Below, piece by piece: positions 8,178 through 16,640 of a stretch of 32,000 nucleotides of DNA (within the stretch, counting starts at the first letter, position 1; each line of letters begins with the position of its first letter). The stretch is from contig CP002278.1 in the NCBI GenBank assembly GCA_000166095.1, positions 900,001-932,000 on the forward strand, in the 5' to 3' direction. The translations under genes and the position numbers were made by a program. Under the pieces are notes generated by a model, which worked only from the letters and a program-made list of their open reading frames with translations, searched no databases and was not told the origin of the DNA. The DNA comes from Methanothermus fervidus DSM 2088 (GTDB lineage: Archaea; Methanobacteriota; Methanobacteria; DSM-2088; Methanothermaceae).

Positions 8178-9348
8178 TTTTTCTTTCAGGACTTCTCCAC
8201 TTAACAACGTGTAAAGGTGATATTAGACCTTTATATGAAGTTCTAACCACTGCAAATGCATTTATTGTAAAGAAAAATATGAAATACCATGGAGCATAAA
8301 TTAAATACTGAGGAATTTTCGGATCGTATTTTCTGTATAGTATTGATGCTACTGTAGCCTGTATTATCCCTAAAGCTGTAAGAAATGACCCTCCCCAGGC
8401 TATTAATGATATATTGATTCCTAAGTTCAAAATTTTAGATAAAACTACATAAATTATCAATAAAACAAAATCAAATGACCAAACATAGCTCAAAATTACA
8501 TCTATGTATAGAGGCCAAAGAAAACTTTCTTTAAAATTTTTAAATATTGTTCTATGAGTTCTTAATAAATGCCAGCCCCCTAGTGCCCATCTTTTTCTTT
8601 GATTCCAATAATCCTTAAAATTTTCAGGAGCATGAATAAATACAATCGCATCAGGTTCAAAAACAACCTCCATTTTCAATCTTTGGATTTTCCAAGTAAC
8701 ATCAATGTCTTCAGTAGCTGAGTAAGGTGAAAAACCACCTACATCAATTAAAACATCAGTTCTATATGCAGCGGCACAACCGGAAACTGAAAATATACGT
8801 CCAAAAATACGTTGAGACATCTTAATTAAGCCTATTATTGATGTAAATTCAATAGTTTGTAATTTACCTAAAAAACTTTTTCTATTAAATACAATAGGGT
8901 TTGCAGTAACTGCACCAATTTTTTCATTTGTGAAATGAGATATTAAGGCTTTTAAAGCACTGGGATGTAATATTGTATCAGCATCTATAACAACAACGTA
9001 AGGGGTAGATACAAATCTTAATGCTATATTTAAAGCATTTGCTTTCCCTTGATTTTCTTGTAGCCGTAACAAATAAAAATTTTCATTATTTTTAACAAAT
9101 TCTTCAATTTTTTCAGGAGTTTTGTCTGTTGAGGCGTCATCTACAAAAATCACCTCATACTTCGGATAATCTAGAAATTGTAAGGCAGTTGCAGTTAATT
9201 CTATAGAATTTTCTTCATTGAAACAAGGTATTAAAATTGTAACAGGAGGCCACTCTTCCATTTTTTTCTTTTTCTTAATTTTTTTGGGAAAAAAGTAGAG
9301 AACCAGTGATCCAAAAAATAGCCATGATAAATGGATAAATAAAAACAT
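8167..9348 (-). CDS. Processive family-2 glycosyltransferase, PgaC/IcaA-like (poly-beta-1,6-GlcNAc synthase-like)
   Basis: N-terminal TM helix plus poly-K stretch, then the GT-A core: ILIPCFNEE, FVDDASTDKT, VVIDADT, ATEDID, QRKRW (QxxRW). Multiple C-terminal TM helices. The block GKLQTIEFTSIIGLIKMSQRIFGRIFSVSGCAAAYR resembles PgaC/IcaA as I recall them. Confidence 0.8.
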   Translation of the reverse strand: MFLFIHLSWLFFGSLVLYFFPKKIKKKKKMEEWPPVTILIPCFNEENSIELTATALQFLDYPKYEVIFVDDASTDKTPEKIEEFVKNNENFYLLRLQENQGKANALNIALRFVSTPYVVVIDADTILHPSALKALISHFTNEKIGAVTANPIVFNRKSFLGKLQTIEFTSIIGLIKMSQRIFGRIFSVSGCAAAYRTDVLIDVGGFSPYSATEDIDVTWKIQRLKMEVVFEPDAIVFIHAPENFKDYWNQRKRWALGGWHLLRTHRTIFKNFKESFLWPLYIDVILSYVWSFDFVLLIIYVVLSKILNLGINISLIAWGGSFLTALGIIQATVASILYRKYDPKIPQYLIYAPWYFIFFFTINAFAVVRTSYKGLISPLHVVKWRSPERKINS

Positions 9349-9377
9349 ACCACATCATAAAAAATATAATATCCACC

Positions 9378-9800
9378 TTATCCCTCCATGATTCTTAAGA
9401 GATAATTTAAATATTTTTCAGCCCCCTTGTTGGCAATTTTTTTAAGTTTAGAAATTTTTAATTTTTTCTTTTCCTTAAAACGTTTTTCATTTTTTACCTT
9501 GCAATAATATACAATAGTTCCATTTGTTGAACCTCTAAAAATTTTATTAATAGCTTCTTTTGATAAAAATAATATTTTTTCTCTCTTTTTTATATGATGA
9601 GGGTTTTTAATTTCCTTCTTTTTGTATGGGGGCCACCCAATTAATTTTCTGTAGAGGTAATTAACAACGCAAATATACATAATAACATTGAAGGTTATTA
9701 ATATGAAATATTTTGTTTCAAAACAATTCAAATAAATAATCCAAAAAATAAAACAGAGAACCCATCCCAAGATACCAAGAAAGAAATGTCCTAAATTCAT
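9378..9800 (-). CDS. Small membrane protein: two TM helices plus a very basic cytoplasmic tail (possible PgaD/IcaD-type accessory subunit)
   Basis: ORF with two hydrophobic segments (FFLGILGWVLCFIFWIIYL; FILITFNVIMYICVVNYLY) followed by a K/R-rich tail. The internal ATG at 9800 forms an ATGA overlap with the upstream radical-SAM stop, so the track start at 9836 is probably over-extended. Confidence 0.55.
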   Translation of the reverse strand: MNLGHFFLGILGWVLCFIFWIIYLNCFETKYFILITFNVIMYICVVNYLYRKLIGWPPYKKKEIKNPHHIKKREKILFLSKEAINKIFRGSTNGTIVYYCKVKNEKRFKEKKKLKISKLKKIANKGAEKYLNYLLRIMEG

Positions 9801-10801
9801 AAGATTATGTCTATTTTTGCTCCGCATTTTGGACATGCTTTATCATCTAAGTTTATTTTACTTACTCCAAACCCTCTTCTCTCTATCAGTAATTCACCAC
9901 ACTCATAACAATACGTATTTTCAAATTCTGTTCCTGGAACATTTCCAATGTAGACATATCTCATTCCCATTTTTAATGCCATTTCCCTTGCTTTTACTAG
10001 AGTATCCACATAGGTAGGTGGTAAATCACTTAATTTATAATGTGGGAAAAACCTTGTAAAATGGAGTGGAGTATCAACTCCAACTTCTTCGACCATGAAT
10101 TCAATCAATTCCCTTATCATCTCTTTAGAATCGTTATATTTTGGTATTATTAAATTTGTAACTTCTATATGTACTCCTGCTTTTTTCCATCTAACTATAT
10201 TTTCAAGTACAGGGTCAACACTAGGAACTCCGCATATTTCTCTATAAAATTTGTCTGACATTGCTTTAAGATCAATATTTGCAGCATCAAGAAATGGTTT
10301 TATTTTTTTGAATGCCTCTTTACTCATATAGCCGTTAGTCACATAAACAGTTTTTATTCCATTCTCTTTAGCAATTTTTGCAGAATCTAACGTATATTCA
10401 AACCATATGGTTGGTTCATTGTATGTCCATGCTATCATCTTACAATTATAGTTTTTTGCTGCTTGTATTGCCTCTTCAGGAGATATCTCTTCAGTTGCCA
10501 CACTTTGCCATTCCTGAGATATTGTCCAATTTTGACAATGTTTACATCTGAAATTGCAGCCGACGGTTCCTAGAGAATACACATTTTCTCCTGGGTAAAA
10601 ATGGAATAGTGGCTTTTTTTCTATTGGATCAATTGCCACAGAAGAAACTGTAGAATAGATTAAGGTATAGAGTTTTCCATCTTTATTTTCTCTGGTACCA
10701 CAAAATCCTTTTTTATTTGGGGGAATAAGACATTTGCGCATGCATACATTACATCTAACTTTTTTATTAATTTTTTCATATAGGTAAGCTTCTTTAATCA
10801 T
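9797..10801 (-). CDS. AmmeMemoRadiSam-system radical SAM enzyme (PFL-activase-related)
   Basis: N-terminal Cys cluster CNVCMRKC...GFCG, radical-SAM motif GCNFRCKHCQNW, C-terminal CYECG...CPKCG. Confidence 0.85.
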   Translation of the reverse strand: MIKEAYLYEKINKKVRCNVCMRKCLIPPNKKGFCGTRENKDGKLYTLIYSTVSSVAIDPIEKKPLFHFYPGENVYSLGTVGCNFRCKHCQNWTISQEWQSVATEEISPEEAIQAAKNYNCKMIAWTYNEPTIWFEYTLDSAKIAKENGIKTVYVTNGYMSKEAFKKIKPFLDAANIDLKAMSDKFYREICGVPSVDPVLENIVRWKKAGVHIEVTNLIIPKYNDSKEMIRELIEFMVEEVGVDTPLHFTRFFPHYKLSDLPPTYVDTLVKAREMALKMGMRYVYIGNVPGTEFENTYCYECGELLIERRGFGVSKINLDDKACPKCGAKIDIIL

Positions 10802-10816
10802 TTTTAAACCTCAGTA

Positions 10817-11809
10817 TTAAAAGTGTTCATATCCTCTAGGTAATAACTCATCAATTTTTCCATTTTTTCTTACAATTTCCATTCTACCTGTATCTGTTAT
10901 TTCCCCAATTACATATATATTGAGAAGTTTTGATAATTTTTTTAATCCATTTTTCTTTATAATTACCAAAAGTTCAAAATCTTCACCATAATGAAGAGCA
11001 AAATCTATAGGATCTCTTTTTAAAAACTTTGCAACATCAATTACATAATCTGGAATTGGAATCTGAGATTCATATATCTTTATTCCGATCCCATCATTCA
11101 TTTTCAATATTTCTTGTAGTTCACTAGCTAATCCATCAGTTATGTCAGTTGCCGCCTTAACTAATCCAGATTTTGATAAGATTATCCCTTCTTTTAATCT
11201 TGCCAAGGGCATTAAAGCATGTCTAACAATCTTTGATATCGTTTTCCTGCCAAATTTATTATTAAAAAATGATAAGGGCTTGTTTGAAAGTAATATTTCT
11301 GTTCCAGCTGCAGATATTCCTAGTGGACCTGTCACCGTTATTAAATCACCTTTTTCTGCTCCAGTCTTTAATAAAACTTTATCTTTGTCAACCTTCCCTA
11401 TGGCTACACCAGATAATACTAATTTTGATGATTCATTTACATCGCCGCCAATTAATGAAGTACCATAGTATTTACATGCATTAATTATACCATCCACAAG
11501 ATCATCAAAATTCTTTAAATCAAGATCTGCAGGCATGCCTATAGACACTAAAAATCCTAGTGGATATGCACCCATAGCTGCCAAATCACTTATATTTGCT
11601 GTCACTGTTTTCCAACCTTTTTGATAAAAGGTCATCCCTGGTGGAAAGTGCTTATCTTCCAACAATAAATCAGTTGTAATAGCAAGATAACTATCTATAG
11701 CATCAATAAGTGATGCATCGTCTCCAAGTATCTGATCTTTTGAAATTTTCTTGATTTTATTTAAAATTCTATTTATAATATTTTTTTCACCCAAATCTTT
11801 GATTTTCAT
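10817..11809 (-). CDS. thiL: Thiamine-monophosphate kinase
   Basis: AIR-synthase-related fold motifs: GDDASL, TTDLLLEDKHF, ANISDLAAMGAYP, GGDVN; about 330 aa. Confidence 0.85.
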   Translation of the reverse strand: MKIKDLGEKNIINRILNKIKKISKDQILGDDASLIDAIDSYLAITTDLLLEDKHFPPGMTFYQKGWKTVTANISDLAAMGAYPLGFLVSIGMPADLDLKNFDDLVDGIINACKYYGTSLIGGDVNESSKLVLSGVAIGKVDKDKVLLKTGAEKGDLITVTGPLGISAAGTEILLSNKPLSFFNNKFGRKTISKIVRHALMPLARLKEGIILSKSGLVKAATDITDGLASELQEILKMNDGIGIKIYESQIPIPDYVIDVAKFLKRDPIDFALHYGEDFELLVIIKKNGLKKLSKLLNIYVIGEITDTGRMEIVRKNGKIDELLPRGYEHF

Positions 11810-11904
11810 TTAAATTGTAAATTGTAAGAAGAAAAATAAAAAATTATTTATATAATTTTAAAAATACTACATCACCTATAACGTAATATTTTGGAGGAAT
11901 TTTT

Positions 11905-12303
11905 GTGAGTGAAATTACTAGAACATGGCGTCATATCCCACAAAGGTATAATCTAATTGGTTCAAAATGTAAAAATTGCGGATCTGTTTTTTTCCCAAAA
12001 CGCATAATATGTCCAAACTGCAGAAGAAAAGGAAAAATAGAGGATTTTAAATTTAGTGGACATGGAAAAATATATACTTATTCTGTTGTACATGCTGCAC
12101 CTGAAGAATTTAAAGAAAACAGCCCATATATTGTTGCTATTGTGGAATTAGATGAAGGTGCCAAAGTTACAGCACAAATAGTTGATTGCAAGCCAGAAGA
12201 CATAAAAATTGGAGACGAAGTAGAAATGGTCTTTAGAAAAATTAGAGAAGAAGGAGAAGATGGGGTGATTACATATGGCTTCAAATTTAGACCAAAAAAA
12301 TGA
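11905..12303 (+). CDS. Zn-ribbon/OB-fold DUF35 protein (scaffold of the archaeal thiolase/HMG-CoA synthase complex family)
   Basis: GTG start 6 nt after GGAGGA. CKNCG...CPNC rubredoxin-like ribbon followed by an OB-fold (YTYSVVH...VAIVELDEGAKVTAQIVD). Confidence 0.8.
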   Translation: MSEITRTWRHIPQRYNLIGSKCKNCGSVFFPKRIICPNCRRKGKIEDFKFSGHGKIYTYSVVHAAPEEFKENSPYIVAIVELDEGAKVTAQIVDCKPEDIKIGDEVEMVFRKIREEGEDGVITYGFKFRPKK

Positions 12304-12715
12304 TATAGCGGTTTTGCTTGTAGGCCATGGTAGTAGATTGCCGTATAGTAAGGAAGTAATAATGAAATTAGCTGAAATGTATAAAGAAAGGACGGACCAT
12401 CTAGTTGATGTTGCATTTATGGAATTGGCAAAACCATCGATACCTGAAACTGTAAATAAGCTTGCTAAAAAAGGTGTAAGAAAAATAATAGTTATACCTG
12501 TTTTTTTAGCGCATGGTGTTCATACTAAACATGATATTCCTCATATTCTTGGGCTAAAAGATGACCATGAACACAGTCATGGGCATCAACATGAACATGA
12601 AACTGTAGATTTTGATGGAGAAATCATATATACGGAACCTCTTGGTGCAGACCCAAGGATAGTTGAAATTATTGAAGAAAGAGTGGAAGACGCAATTAAA
12701 CAACAAAATTCATAA
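12275..12715 (+). CDS. Small class-II chelatase CbiX(S)/CfbA (sirohydrochlorin cobalt- or nickel-chelatase) with a His-rich insertion
   Basis: LLVGHGSR...PVFLAHGVHTKHDIP motif set of CbiX-small. Insertion DDHEHSHGHQHEHE. The ATG overlaps the previous gene by 29 nt, so the start is uncertain. Confidence 0.8.
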   Translation: MASNLDQKNDIAVLLVGHGSRLPYSKEVIMKLAEMYKERTDHLVDVAFMELAKPSIPETVNKLAKKGVRKIIVIPVFLAHGVHTKHDIPHILGLKDDHEHSHGHQHEHETVDFDGEIIYTEPLGADPRIVEIIEERVEDAIKQQNS

Positions 12716-12749
12716 TTTTTTTATTTCCTAAAATTTTTTAAACTTTTTT
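12716..12749 (+). terminator. Oligo-T terminator region after the chelatase gene
   Basis: T7, T6 and T6 runs within 35 nt immediately after the stop codon. Confidence 0.45.
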
Positions 12750-12807
12750 GCTAGTTCTAATAAATATAATTTTTAGCGATTAAACAATTAGCCTTAGGTT
12801 AGATAAC

Positions 12808-13542
12808 ATGCTAACACTTATTGATGAAAGAAATAAAAAATATGTGGTAGATGGTAAAAAAGATTTTCATACTGATTTGGGAGTTATTAAGGCTGAAGAT
12901 ATCCAAAATTCAAAACCAGGAAGTATCATCAAAACACATTTAGGCCATGAAATGAAAGTCATTAAAGCCAATGTAAATGATTATATAGATGTAATGGAAA
13001 GAAGATGTACAATAATTTTACCAAAAGATATTGGAATTGTAATAACTTATACAGGTATTGGATGTGGCGATAAAGTTGTAGAGGCGGGTACTGGAGCAGG
13101 AGCAACTACTTTACGTTTTTCTAGAGTGCTTGGAAATGAGGGAAAAATATACACCTATGAAAAACGTAAGGAATTTTATGAAATCGCTAAAAGAAACATA
13201 GAAAAATTTGGTGTGAAGAACGTAGTTATGAGATATAGAGATATAAGGGATGGAATTATTGAAAGTGATGTAGATTTAGTTTTTTTAGACATGCCAGATC
13301 CATGGAACGTTGTTGAACATGCATATGAGGCTTTAAAATATGGTGGATGGTTTGTTTCATACAGTCCTTATGTTGAACAAATGAAAAAAACAAGAAAAAA
13401 ATGTGAAGAATTTAACTTTAGTGAAATTTTCACTTATGAATGCTTGTTAAGGGAAATGGAAATTAAAAATGATGCTGTGAGGCCCAAAACACGTATGATA
13501 GGACATACAGCATATATAACATTTGCAAGAAAAGTACCATAA
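12808..13542 (+). CDS. trmI: tRNA (adenine-N1)-methyltransferase, TrmI/Gcd14 family
   Basis: N-terminal beta domain followed by the SAM motif VVEAGTGAGATT and FLDMPDPW, characteristic of TrmI. Confidence 0.85.
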   Translation: MLTLIDERNKKYVVDGKKDFHTDLGVIKAEDIQNSKPGSIIKTHLGHEMKVIKANVNDYIDVMERRCTIILPKDIGIVITYTGIGCGDKVVEAGTGAGATTLRFSRVLGNEGKIYTYEKRKEFYEIAKRNIEKFGVKNVVMRYRDIRDGIIESDVDLVFLDMPDPWNVVEHAYEALKYGGWFVSYSPYVEQMKKTRKKCEEFNFSEIFTYECLLREMEIKNDAVRPKTRMIGHTAYITFARKVP

Positions 13543-13599
13543 CCAATTCATTCTACTTCTGGTTAGTAAGAAATATTAATCATCTCAACAAATATAAGG

Positions 13600-13641
13600 A
13601 AAATAATTCTGACAGGAAACCATTTAAAAAAATAATTCTGA
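13600..13641 (+). repeat. 13-bp direct repeat AAAATAATTCTGA x2 (13600-13612, 13629-13641) upstream of aksA
   Basis: Exact duplicate with 29-bp phasing in the 114-bp intergenic region. The second copy ends 15 nt before the ATG. Confidence 0.6.
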
Positions 13642-13656
13642 TCAATTTTTTAGGAG

Positions 13657-14838
13657 ATGAGAGAATTGAAATTTTTTGTAAGCCCTTTCAATAAAAAAGT
13701 AAAATTAAAATTTCCAGATAGAATTATAATATATGACACAACATTGAGAGACGGCGAACAAACGCCAGGAGTTTGTTTAAACCTCAATGAAAAATTAGAA
13801 ATTTCAAAAAAATTGGATGAATTAGGAGTTGACCAAATAGAAGTTGGATTTCCAGTAGTTTCTGAAAAAGAAAAAGAATCTGTTAAAACAATAGCAAATG
13901 AAGGTTTAAATGCTGAAATATTAGCATTATCACGTGCAAAAAAAGAAGATATTGATACTGCTGTTTCATGTGATGTTGATGGAGTGATCATATTTCTAGC
14001 TACATCTGATCTGCATCTTAAATATAAATTACATATGACTCAACAGCAAATTTTGGATATGTGTTTAGATTCTATAGAATATGCAAAAGATCATGGCATA
14101 TTTGTAGCATTTTCAGCTGAAGATGCTACTAGAACTAATTTAAGTTTCTTAAAAAATGTTTATAAAAAAGCTGAAGAATATGGGGCAAATAGAGTTCATA
14201 TAGCAGACACTGTAGGTGCAATACATCCACAAGCAATGTTTTTCCTTGTTAAAAATATTAGAGATGAAATAAATATTGACATTGGATTGCATTGCCACAA
14301 TGATTTTGGATTAGCTCTAGCAAATTCTATTTCAGGTTTATTAGCTGGTGGAAATGCGGTTTCCACTACTGTAAATGGCATTGGAGAAAGGGCTGGTAAC
14401 ACCCCTTTAGAGGAACTTATAATGGCTTTAAAAATTCTTTATGGAATTGATTTAAAATTAAATATTGAAGTTCTCTATGAACTTTCAGAGATTGTAGAAA
14501 AATATACTTCTGTAAAGAAAGCTGTTAATAAACCTATAGTAGGTAAAAATGTCTTTAGACATGAATCTGGAATTCATGTGGATGCCGTAATAGAAGAACC
14601 TTTAACTTATGAACCATTTCTTCCAGAGTTGGTAGGAAGGAAAAGAAAAATAATACTTGGTAAACATTCTGGAAGTAGAGCAATTAAAGCTAAATTAGAT
14701 GAGTATGGAATCAAAGTTACAAAAGATGAGCTTTGTAAAATTGTGGAAAAGGTAAAAGAAAAAAGAGAAGAAGGTGTATATATCACTGATGATGTATTTT
14801 GTAAAATTGTAAAGGAAGTTAAAAAAGAAAATGATTAA
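13657..14838 (+). CDS. aksA: Homocitrate synthase-type enzyme (AksA-like; short LeuA/CimA/NifV family member without a regulatory domain)
   Basis: DTTLRDGEQTPGV, HCHNDFGLA, and HESGIH motifs; about 390 aa with no LeuA C-terminal domain. Adjacent to an aconitase-type large subunit. Confidence 0.75.
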   Translation: MRELKFFVSPFNKKVKLKFPDRIIIYDTTLRDGEQTPGVCLNLNEKLEISKKLDELGVDQIEVGFPVVSEKEKESVKTIANEGLNAEILALSRAKKEDIDTAVSCDVDGVIIFLATSDLHLKYKLHMTQQQILDMCLDSIEYAKDHGIFVAFSAEDATRTNLSFLKNVYKKAEEYGANRVHIADTVGAIHPQAMFFLVKNIRDEINIDIGLHCHNDFGLALANSISGLLAGGNAVSTTVNGIGERAGNTPLEELIMALKILYGIDLKLNIEVLYELSEIVEKYTSVKKAVNKPIVGKNVFRHESGIHVDAVIEEPLTYEPFLPELVGRKRKIILGKHSGSRAIKAKLDEYGIKVTKDELCKIVEKVKEKREEGVYITDDVFCKIVKEVKKEND

Positions 14839-14850
14839 AAGGGATATGTT

Positions 14851-16089
14851 ATGAATCTAACAGAAAAGATATTGGCAAAGGCTGCAAACAAAAAAGAAGT
14901 CTCACCAGGTGAAATTATCAAAGTAAATGTTGACTTGGCAATGACTCATGATGGGACAACGCCACCAACCATAAAAAGTTTTAAAAAAATCTCAAATAAA
15001 GTTTGGGATCCTGATCGTATAGTAATTGTATATGATCATAATGTACCTCCTAATAATATAGGTGCAGCTGAATTTCAAAAAGTTACACAGAACTTTGTAA
15101 AAGAACAAGGTATAAAAAATTTTTATAATCATGGAGAAGGTATTTGCCACCAAGTTTTACCAGAAAAAGGGTTTGTTTTTCCTGGAATGGTTATAATTGG
15201 TGCAGATTCTCACACATGTACTTATGGAGCATTTGGTGCATTTTCAACAGGAGTTGGTGCCACAGACATGGCAGTAATATTTGCAACAGGAAAAACATGG
15301 CTTTTAGTACCTGAATCTTATTTAATTGAAATTAATGGTTCTCTAAATAAATATGTTACTGCAAAAGATGTTATATTAAAAATAATTGGAAAAATCAAGG
15401 CAAAAGGTGCTGTATATAAATCTATAGAATTTAAAGGAGAAACAATCTACAAAATGAATGTCTCTGGTAGAATGACTATGTGCAATATGGTTGTTGAAAT
15501 GGGTGCAAAAAATGGCATAATGGTGCCAAATAAAAAAACTATAAAATATTTAAGGAAATTTAAAAAATCTTTTCGCATATATAAACCAGATAAGGATGCT
15601 GAATATGAAAAAGAATTTTACTTTGATGTTTCAAATATGGGACCACAAGTCGCATGTCCACATAACGTAGATAACGTAAAACCTGTATATAAAGTAGAAG
15701 GAAAACATATAGATCAGGCTTTTTTAGGTTCTTGTACAAATGGTCGTATTGAAGATCTGAGGATTGCAGCAGAAATTTTAAAAGATGGTAAAATACATGA
15801 AGACGTAAGAATGATAGTAGTACCTGCATCAAAGGATGTTTACATGAAAGCTGTTAAAGAAGGAATAATTGAAACATTCATAAAAGCAGGTGCTATAGTT
15901 TGCAATCCAGGATGTGGCCCATGTTTAGGGGCACATATGGGTGTATTAGGACCAAAAGAAGTTTGTATATCAACCAGTAATCGTAATTTTAAAGGAAGGA
16001 TGGGAGATCCAACATCAAAAATATATTTAGCAAATCCTGCAGTTGTTGCTAAATCTGCAATGGAAGGTGTAATTACATCTCCTGAGTGA
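14851..16089 (+). CDS. aksD: Homoaconitase / isopropylmalate-isomerase large subunit (AksD/HacA-like)
   Basis: Aconitase-family large subunit: DLAMTHD, GADSHTCTYGAFGAF, GSCTNGR, CGPCLG cluster ligands. Assigned to the aks pathway from adjacency only. Confidence 0.75.
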   Translation: MNLTEKILAKAANKKEVSPGEIIKVNVDLAMTHDGTTPPTIKSFKKISNKVWDPDRIVIVYDHNVPPNNIGAAEFQKVTQNFVKEQGIKNFYNHGEGICHQVLPEKGFVFPGMVIIGADSHTCTYGAFGAFSTGVGATDMAVIFATGKTWLLVPESYLIEINGSLNKYVTAKDVILKIIGKIKAKGAVYKSIEFKGETIYKMNVSGRMTMCNMVVEMGAKNGIMVPNKKTIKYLRKFKKSFRIYKPDKDAEYEKEFYFDVSNMGPQVACPHNVDNVKPVYKVEGKHIDQAFLGSCTNGRIEDLRIAAEILKDGKIHEDVRMIVVPASKDVYMKAVKEGIIETFIKAGAIVCNPGCGPCLGAHMGVLGPKEVCISTSNRNFKGRMGDPTSKIYLANPAVVAKSAMEGVITSPE

Positions 16090-16619
16090 AAAACATGATT
16101 AAAAGCATTAAAAAAATTGAAAAAGATGTAGGGCCTCTTTCAGATGTTCAAAAAATATTGTTGACGACAGATGGTTCAGTTACGAGAATTTTAGAGGCAC
16201 TTGGTTATGATGTAAATATAAAGGCTATAAAGCAAGAAATTGTATCAGCAGATAAAAAACTCTCAAAAGAGTTGAATATTTCTTTAGGAGAACCTGTTAA
16301 TCATAGAGTTGTGATAATAGAAAGTAAAATACCACTTATTTATGCTGTGTCATACATGCCAATCAAAAGATTAAATAAGAATTTTAAATTTAAGAGAGAC
16401 GTAATGAATGCAAATATCCCAATAGGAAAAATCCTAAAGAAACATCATATAGAATCCAGGCGTGAGATTGAATATATTGGTGTTGAAAAACCAAATGACT
16501 CTATTAAAAATATTTTTAATACCAATGAATTGATATTGGCAAGAACATACAACATAATTCATAGAGGTGAGATACTAATAAGGATAAATGAAAAGTTTCC
16601 TATAACATGGTTTAAGTAG
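16086..16619 (+). CDS. Chorismate-lyase-fold protein (DUF98/UbiC-like)
   Basis: LLTTDGSVTRILEAL near the N-terminus and R.Y.I....ILIRINEKFP near the C-terminus, typical of DUF98. The GTG overlaps the aksD stop (GTGA); an alternative ATG lies at 16095. Confidence 0.65.
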   Translation: MKNMIKSIKKIEKDVGPLSDVQKILLTTDGSVTRILEALGYDVNIKAIKQEIVSADKKLSKELNISLGEPVNHRVVIIESKIPLIYAVSYMPIKRLNKNFKFKRDVMNANIPIGKILKKHHIESRREIEYIGVEKPNDSIKNIFNTNELILARTYNIIHRGEILIRINEKFPITWFK

Positions 16620-16640
16620 GTTCATTATGGATGGTCTAAT

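Noticed and set aside
9801-9836. N-terminal extension (MSKMRSKNRHNL) of the small membrane protein as given in the ORF track
   Set aside because: It lies entirely inside the radical-SAM coding region. The internal ATG at 9800 gives a classic ATGA stop/start overlap and begins directly at the first TM helix.
16086-16619. Possibility that the 177-aa ORF after aksD is the homoaconitase small subunit
   Set aside because: The size fits, but the sequence lacks the LeuD/HacB-type motifs and instead carries DUF98/chorismate-lyase-like signatures.
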